12,116 nucleotides of DNA from a bacterium (lineage in GTDB: Bacteria; BMS3Abin14), in assembly GCA_020349685.1 (NCBI GenBank), contig CP070698.1:365885-378000 (forward strand). Reading direction: 5' to 3'. The notes under the pieces were generated by a model, which saw only the letters and a list, made by a program, of their open reading frames with translations, was not told the origin of the DNA and searched no databases. Each line of letters starts with the position of its first letter. Within the stretch, counting starts at the first letter, position 1. Positions 6,481-12,116 of the stretch are shown here, piece by piece. Made by a program: the position numbers and the translations under genes.

Positions 6481-7677
6481 ATGAAAAGATATGTCCTTTG
6501 GTCGCTTCTGGTGCTGCTCAGCCTTTTATTGGCAAGCAGCGCGTTGGCGGCTGAGACCGTCAAATTCGAACCCGTGCGCGCACCAAGCAAGGGACCAGAT
6601 AACGCGCCCGTGACCATCATCGAGATCGCGGATTTCATGTGACCCTTCTGCAAGGAGGTCGGTCCGACCTTCAAACAGCTGTTCGAGGAATACAAGGGCA
6701 AGGTGCGGTTCGTTCTGGTTCCCTACATGAGACGGTATTCCCACGATTCGGAAAACGCCGCCCTCGCAGCCTGGGCGGCATGGGATCAGGGCAAGTTCTG
6801 GGAGATGCACGATCTGCTCTTTGAAAAGGCTCCGGAGCTCGACAGGCCCATCCTGGACGACCTGGCGCGACAGCTGGGTCTTGATATGAACAAGTTCAGG
6901 AAGGCCATGGAAGAAAAGTCAAACCTTCCCGAGCTGAAGGAAAATCTGGACAGGGTTCACCAGCTGGATATCTGGAGCACCCCCACGGCGATCATCAACG
7001 GTCGAGTGGTCAAAGGCGCCCAGCCTATTGAGAACTATCGGAAGGTGATCGATGAGGCCCTCGGTAAGAGCGGCCTGACACCATGGGTGCCGGCCTACCT
7101 GAAGGCCCTCTTCCATGTGCTTGGCCCCGCCCCGGCCCATGCACAGAGCAGGGAGTTTGGACGAGGGAAGGTACCCCTCTACATAAAGGTTCCTGATGCC
7201 AAACCGACAAACGAACCGAAAGTGGGAGAAGAGGCCCCTGATTTCACCCTCCCCAGTGTGGGGGATGCCTCCATCAGCCTGAAAGAGTACAGAGGGAAAA
7301 AGAACGTGCTGCTCAGCTTCCTGCCGGCCGCGTTCACACCTGTCTGAACGGGGCAACTGGCTGCGTACGAGGAGCTCAAGGACCTCTTCGCGCAGCACGA
7401 CACCCAGGTTCTGGGTGTGCTGACCGATAACCTTCCCAGCCTCAAGGCATGGACACAGGGTATCAATGTTTCCTTCCCTGTCCTGAGCGATTACTGGCCC
7501 CACGGACACACGGCCCTCAAATATGACGTTCTCCGGTCAGAGGGGATCGCTGAAAGAGCCATTTTCATCATCGACAAGAAGGGGATCATCAGGTACATCG
7601 ACGTCCACGACATCAACGAAGACCCTGGCATGAACGCCATTATCAGGACTTTGGAGGAGATAGAAGGGAAGAAATAG
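6481..7677 (+). CDS. Exported DsbA-like thioredoxin-fold / AhpE-like peroxiredoxin fusion with two selenocysteines (U54, U289); 398 aa
   Basis: One frame from ATG 6481 (SD GGAAGGGGG) to TAG 7677 with only two internal TGA: 6640-6642 in IIEIADFM-U-PFC and 7345-7347 in SFLPAAFTPV-U-TGQ. Signal peptide ...ASSALA/AE; DsbA cis-Pro loop STPTAIING; AhpE-like VLSDYWPHG and ERAIFIIDKKG. Confidence 0.9.
6654..6672 (+). promoter_or_regulatory. Bacterial SECIS-like hairpin for UGA 6640
   Basis: GGAGGUCG-GUC-CGACCUUC, an 8-bp stem starting 11 nt after the UGA, with GU at the apex (GGUC as in the E. coli fdhF SECIS). Confidence 0.75.
7360..7396 (+). promoter_or_regulatory. Candidate SECIS hairpin for UGA 7345
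   Basis: GCUGCG-UA-CGAGGAG-[CUCAAGGAC]-CUCUUCG-CGCAGC: 13 bp with a 2-nt bulge, starting 12 nt after the UGA. The apical loop is less canonical. Confidence 0.55.
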
Positions 7678-7681
7678 TGGC

Positions 7682-7758
7682 AAGTGGAAAGGATAAAGGG
7701 GAAAGGTCAAACGGCAGGCTGTGTTTTACTTTCCCCTTTCCACTTTTACCTTTTCCCT
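7682..7758. repeat. Inverted pair of heptamer arrays (AAGNNNA x4 ... TTNNNCT x5)
   Basis: aagtgga aaggata aagggga aaggtca (7682-7709) and ttttact ttcccct ttccact tttacct tttccct (7724-7758); same family as 3511-3617. Confidence 0.8.
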
Positions 7759-7772
7759 TTGTTTTCCCCCCC

Positions 7773-7802
7773 TTGCCACCCTGCAAATGAAATTGGTATA
7801 TT
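7773..7802 (+). promoter_or_regulatory. Putative sigma70 promoter of the DUF1844-TPR-DUF4388-phoH operon
   Basis: TTGCCA (7773-7778), 18-nt spacer, extended -10 TGG-TATATT (7794-7802). Confidence 0.45.
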
Positions 7803-7915
7803 TGACAGGATGTGGCGGGATCAGGCGCTCCGGTCCTGGCCCAGGAGGGCGCACCGAATAAGCAGCTTGTTTGCCGTCCGGCGGCACTGGATGCCGGAGG
7901 TAAGGGAGTTATTAC

Positions 7916-8332
7916 ATGACAGAGGACCAAAAGAAGGACAAGGATTTCAAGGTCGATGACCGCCGCACTTCCTCAGGCGCGGAAGGTAAAGAGAGCAAGC
8001 CACCGGAACCCGAAGGTCAATCCGGCGCCGATAAAGGAGAGCCTCCCGAGCCTCCGAAAACTGGCGATCCGGGCGAGGCCATCAAGGTCGATTTTTCGAC
8101 TTTCATATTTTCCCTTTTCAGTTCGGCGCTGATACAGCTCGGCGACATGGCTGATCCCATTACGGGTGCCATGGACCCCAACCTTACCTCTGCCAAGCAG
8201 ACCATCGACATCATCGATATCCTCAGGTTAAAGACCCAAGGTAACCTGACAGAGGAAGAGGACAACCTTCTGGAGAACGCCTCGGCAGAACTGAAGTGGA
8301 AATACCTTGATGCCCTTAAGAAGAAAAACTAG
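7916..8332 (+). CDS. DUF1844-family protein
   Basis: SD AAGGGAG; charged N-terminus FKVDDRR, then VDFSTFIFSLFSSALIQLG..DPITG...NLTSAKQTIDIIDILRLKTQGNLTEEE. Confidence 0.82.
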   Translation: MTEDQKKDKDFKVDDRRTSSGAEGKESKPPEPEGQSGADKGEPPEPPKTGDPGEAIKVDFSTFIFSLFSSALIQLGDMADPITGAMDPNLTSAKQTIDIIDILRLKTQGNLTEEEDNLLENASAELKWKYLDALKKKN

Positions 8333-8345
8333 GATCCGGAGCCTG

Positions 8346-10307
8346 ATGAGAAAATTCAAGATCCTCGTCCTCCTCCTGGTTGCGTGGGCGATCTTTTCAG
8401 TCAATGCGGTCCTGGCCATCGAGGTCAGTGAGGTAACCGTCGATTTCCCCCTTTCCGAAGTGCTGGATATCAAACCTTCCGAACCGGACGGCACGGCGCA
8501 GGTCAGTGCAGGGGGTGCCTCTGCGAAGGTGTGGCGCGCCCCCTGGGAGGATGACTGGTACGCCTACCGGCAGAACGTCCTTCGCGGAAACTTCAGCGAG
8601 GCGGAAAAACGGCTCGAAAAGGTTCTGGCGCACCGGAAAAAGAGCGGGATCCCCAACCTGTTCAGCCCCGCAGCCGCCCTCCTGGTAGAGGCGTCGACGG
8701 CGAGGAAGCAGGGGCGATACGATGACGCCCTCAAGATCATCGCCTACGCAAAGGAGTTCGCACCCGACGATCCCGGTCCGCATTTTCAGAGGGCCCGGAC
8801 CATCTGGAGACAGAACCAGCTCAGAGCCCTGTCTTCACTGGATGCTCTTTTAGAGGGATGGGTCACCTTTTTCAAGGACTTCCGTTCCTTTTTCCCATGG
8901 GGCATGGGGGTCGTCCTCTGGTTTCTTGTAGCGGTAACGATCTCTTCCCTGCTGACGATCCTGCTGTTCACGCCCAGGGTCCTCCCCAGGATAGCCCACG
9001 ATCTTTCCCATGTGGTAAAGGTTCCCCAGTGGCTGTGGCTGGCTGCCATTCCCATCCTATTGGCTGTCATTGCCCTCATGGGAGTGCCCTTTATCATCTG
9101 GATCCTGCTCGTGGCCCTGACGATGATGCTGCACCTGACGAACCGGGAAAGAATGGCCGTGGGTCTGGCACTTTTCCTCCTTCTGGCTCTGCCGCTCCTC
9201 GTCCATGTCCTGGCACTTAACGAAGCGTACTACTCGAACTCCAGGTCTTACATGATCTAGATGGCGGAAAGGGGCGGAGAAGGGGCCAGAACCCTCGAGG
9301 AACTTCATGCGCTTCGCGTGAAGGATCCCGAGAACAGTCATGTCCTGTCTACACTCGGTGTGGTCCTCAAGAGGTCGGGCCGTTTGAGGGAGGCGGAATC
9401 GTACCTGTCCAGGGCAATGGATCTGGCTCCGGATTCACCGTCCATTATCAACAACCTCGGCAACGTCCTTTTCCAGACCGGCCGCGTCACGGCAGCCGTC
9501 GATCATTACAGACAGGCTCTCAGGTACGAGGACGACCCACGCATCCATTACAACCTCAGTCAGGCACTGAGAGAGAACCTTCAGCTCGAGGAGGGAGAGA
9601 AGGAATTCCGGGTCGCCCAGGAGAAAGCGCCTGAATTGGCAAGCTCGCTCATGGCACAGCAGCAGGAGGGGGGGCAGCGTATAACGGTGGAAATTTATGG
9701 AGAGTCCAGCCGCTACCTGCTCGATTCCCTCTCCCTGGACCGGGCCGGCATGCAGTGGAGAGATGCGCTCTGGTCGGGCATCGTTCCCATGGTCCCCTTC
9801 AGAAGCTCCTGGTTCCTGTTCCCCGTGTCGGCTGTGATCCTTTTCATGGGGCTGCCTTTGAGCGGAAGGTTCAGCATTTCGAGGAGGTGCCGGCGCTGCA
9901 ACAAGATGCACTGCCACAAGTGCAGCCAATCCAGTTCCGATGTCCTGTGTGCCCAGTGCCGGCAGATCTTCATCGTTCGAAGCGGCGTTGATCCAGCCAG
10001 CCGCGTTAAAAAGATGATGCAGATCATGAGGTTCACCAAGACCAGGGCCCTTGTTTCCAGGGTGGCGACAGTCCTGCTTCCGGGCATGGGGCACATCTAT
10101 CTCGGAGTGGGCTGGCAATCCCTGGTTCTCATCACCCTGTCGGTGATGTTCTGGTCAAAATGGGTCCTCTGGTACGGGGTTTTCAGGAACACGACCTTAC
10201 TGGATATTCAGGCAGGGCTGTTCTCCAAGATCCTGTTCGGAATCCTTCTGGGTGCTTTTTACCTGTTTGCGCTGAAAAATGTGAGCAGCCAGCTGGAGGA
10301 GAAATGA
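8346..10307 (+). CDS. Signal peptide-TPR-multi-TM-TPR-Cys-rich Zn-finger membrane protein, 653 codons, interrupted by one in-frame TAG at 9258-9260 (readthrough/Pyl, nonsense mutation or error)
   Basis: ATG 8346 after GGAG, with signal peptide MRKFKILVLLLVAWAIFSVNAVLA. ORFs 8307-9260 and 9261-10307 share one frame joined by ATC TAG ATG. TPR motifs (AMDLAPDSPSIINNLGNVLF, HYNLSQAL); CRRC-x4-CHKC-x8-CAQC; LLPGMGHIYLG. Confidence 0.7.
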
Positions 10308-10311
10308 TCCC

Positions 10312-11523
10312 ATGGCGCTAAAGGGCACACTCAGGGATTTTGGCCTTTCAGATATATTCCAGCTGATCTCCCACCAGAGAAAGACAGGGGTACTTCGTCT
10401 CGAGGACAAGGGAAAGAGCGTGTCCGTTGCCTTCGATGAGGGCAAGGTGGTAGGGGCTGAAAGCGCCTCCGCCAGAACCCAGGAGAAGGAGCGGGTGGGG
10501 GATATCCTCGTCAAATCAGGTCTCGTGGACACAGCACGGCTTGATGAATGTCTTCAGGAACAGAAAAGGACAGCCAAGAAACTCGGTGTGGTTCTGACCG
10601 AAAAGAACTACCTCACGGAGGAGCTTTTCCGGGCGGCCCTTGCTTTCCAGATCAAGGAAACCCTCTACAGGATCTTTCAGTGGAGCAGCGGGACCTACAA
10701 GTTCGATGCCACAAAGGTGGAGTACGACAAACATTTTATCTCCCCCTTTCCGGCCGAGTACATCCTCATGGAAGCGGCGAGGATCATCGATGAATGGCCC
10801 GGTGTGCAGGCTAAAATACCCTCGATGGAGATCGTTTTTGACAAGATCTCGGGAGCGGAGGGGAAGATCGTCAGAAGTTCCGACCTTGGCAAGGAAACCG
10901 GTGGGGATGAGGATGTAAGCTTCGACACGATCGGTGAGGAAAAGCCCAAGTCGATAGAGGGCGACAGGACGGTGCTGTCCGCTGCCCAGGAGAAGGTTTT
11001 CGACCTGGTCAACGGAAAGTTCTCCGTTTCCGATATCGCTTACAGGTCACTCCTGGGGGATTTCGAGGCCTGCAAAATCCTCACGGACCTTTCGGGATTC
11101 GGCCTGATAAGACCGGTCAAGGTGCCCGTGTCAACGCCCAAGACCGAGGAAACGGCAAAGGAGACCAGGAGGCGCAAAGGGGTCGTCACCTTGCTTACCG
11201 GCCTGTTCTTTGCGGGTATACTGATCTTTATCCTTTTCAGTGCCATCGCGCGCTCGGGCGGGAAGCTCAACCTCCTCGCCCAGGTGACTTCCGAAAAGGC
11301 CATTACAATAAGGCAGACCATCGTCAACGCCCAGAAACAGCGCCTCATGCTCGCACTGGAAACATACCGGCTGGAGAAAGGTTCCTATCCTCTTTCCCTG
11401 GATGATCTCGTCCAGACAGGTTTTGTTATTGACTCTGACATCTCCTACCCCTTTGAGGAACCTTACAGGCTGGAATGGAGCGACAAGGGCCCCATTATTG
11501 TGCCTCCCGGGGATCAGCCGTGA
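10312..11523 (+). CDS. DUF4388 (PatA_N-like) protein with MshEN-like motif, one TM helix and GspG-like C-terminus
   Basis: MALKGTLRDFGLSDIFQLISHQRKTGVL; RVGDILVKSGLV...LQEQ; FQWSSGTYKF; EAARIIDEW; TM VVTLLTGLFFAGILIFILFSAIA; LALETYRLEKGSYPLSLDDLV. Confidence 0.8.
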   Translation: MALKGTLRDFGLSDIFQLISHQRKTGVLRLEDKGKSVSVAFDEGKVVGAESASARTQEKERVGDILVKSGLVDTARLDECLQEQKRTAKKLGVVLTEKNYLTEELFRAALAFQIKETLYRIFQWSSGTYKFDATKVEYDKHFISPFPAEYILMEAARIIDEWPGVQAKIPSMEIVFDKISGAEGKIVRSSDLGKETGGDEDVSFDTIGEEKPKSIEGDRTVLSAAQEKVFDLVNGKFSVSDIAYRSLLGDFEACKILTDLSGFGLIRPVKVPVSTPKTEETAKETRRRKGVVTLLTGLFFAGILIFILFSAIARSGGKLNLLAQVTSEKAITIRQTIVNAQKQRLMLALETYRLEKGSYPLSLDDLVQTGFVIDSDISYPFEEPYRLEWSDKGPIIVPPGDQP

Positions 11524-12116
11524 AAAAAGCTCTCAAATTAGAAGATGAAACGGTTGCAAGGGTGCTTTCGGGTGACAGGGATCGGAACCTGAAGATGATC
11601 CAGCAGCTGACCGGTGTGACGGTGGGTGTCCGGGGTGAAAATATCTTTTTCGACGGGCCGGAGGAAAAGGTCGAAGACGTCCAGCGCCTGATCGAGGACA
11701 TCATCGACAACCTTGGCAAAGGGAGGGCGATAACCAACGATGAGATAGAGAACCTGTTCCGGCAGGCGGGCAACGGGGAGAAAACGGGGTACACGGAGCT
11801 CGTTTCTGAAGCGGTGGTTCTGACCCCCCGAAAATCGGTGGTTCCCAAAAGCCGGAACCAGAAACTCTACCTTGAGAGGATCGGCACCGACGATATCGTT
11901 TTCGGTATCGGACCCGCTGGAACGGGCAAGACCTATCTCGCCATGGCCGCGGCCGTGAGAGCTCTCGTTTCCAAGGAAGTCAGCCGGATCATCCTGACCC
12001 GGCCGGCCGTGGAGGCGGGGGAGAAGCTCGGGTTCCTGCCCGGTGACATGTACGAAAAGGTCAATCCCTACCTGAGGCCCCTTTATGACGCTCTCTTTGA
12101 CATGATCAGCGCGGAG
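11520..12116 (+). CDS. phoH: PhoH-family ATPase (PhoH/YbeZ-like), 3' end beyond the window
   Basis: Absent from the ORF track because there is no stop. GTG 11520 overlaps the upstream TGA. Translation gives FGIGPAGTGKTYLA, LTRPAVEAGEKLGFLPGD, NPYLRPLYDAL. Confidence 0.93.
   Translation, partial: MKKALKLEDETVARVLSGDRDRNLKMIQQLTGVTVGVRGENIFFDGPEEKVEDVQRLIEDIIDNLGKGRAITNDEIENLFRQAGNGEKTGYTELVSEAVVLTPRKSVVPKSRNQKLYLERIGTDDIVFGIGPAGTGKTYLAMAAAVRALVSKEVSRIILTRPAVEAGEKLGFLPGDMYEKVNPYLRPLYDALFDMISAE

Noticed and set aside
6397-7677. Three separate small genes or a pseudogene (6397-6642, 6703-7347, 7417-7677)
   Set aside because: All three are in one frame, both stops are TGA at catalytic Cys positions with downstream hairpins, and the fragments alone would lack active sites.
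7820-7900. SRP RNA or tRNA-Sec/tRNA-Pyl in this spacer
   Set aside because: No CAGG-GNRA-AGCAG SRP helix-8 arrangement and no cloverleaf or TTC(G/A)A T-loop.
7675-7959. Amber readthrough of the selenoprotein stop into the in-frame ORF 7684-7959
   Set aside because: The Prx domain is already complete, and the extension translates the repeat arrays and promoter and overlaps DUF1844 out of frame. TAG is a true stop here.
8307-8345. Upstream start of the TPR gene at 8307
   Set aside because: It overlaps the end of DUF1844. ATG 8346 has a GGAG SD and begins a clean signal peptide.

Overview
GC-rich bacterial window; gene content and Sec usage suggest an anaerobic deltaproteobacterium-like organism (inference). 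Minus strand: mazG, a secreted chalcone-isomerase-fold protein, an osmF/yehZ-yehY-yehX-yehW-type osmoprotectant ABC transporter operon, then a structured leader with a terminator in front of a gene that runs off the left edge. Plus strand: the ORF track splits one gene into three pieces (6397-6642, 6703-7347, 7417-7677). These are a single reading frame, 6481-7677, encoding an exported DsbA-like (UxxC) / AhpE-like peroxiredoxin (PxxxTxxU) fusion. Both in-frame UGA codons sit at catalytic Cys positions and each is followed by a hairpin, so this is a probable double-selenocysteine protein. It is followed by DUF1844, a TPR/membrane/Zn-finger gene broken by one in-frame UAG (pyrrolysine/readthrough or nonsense), a DUF4388-MshEN-like/pseudopilin-like protein and a partial phoH. 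Nearly every longer intergenic spacer carries degenerate 7-8-nt tandem repeats, often as inverted pairs.
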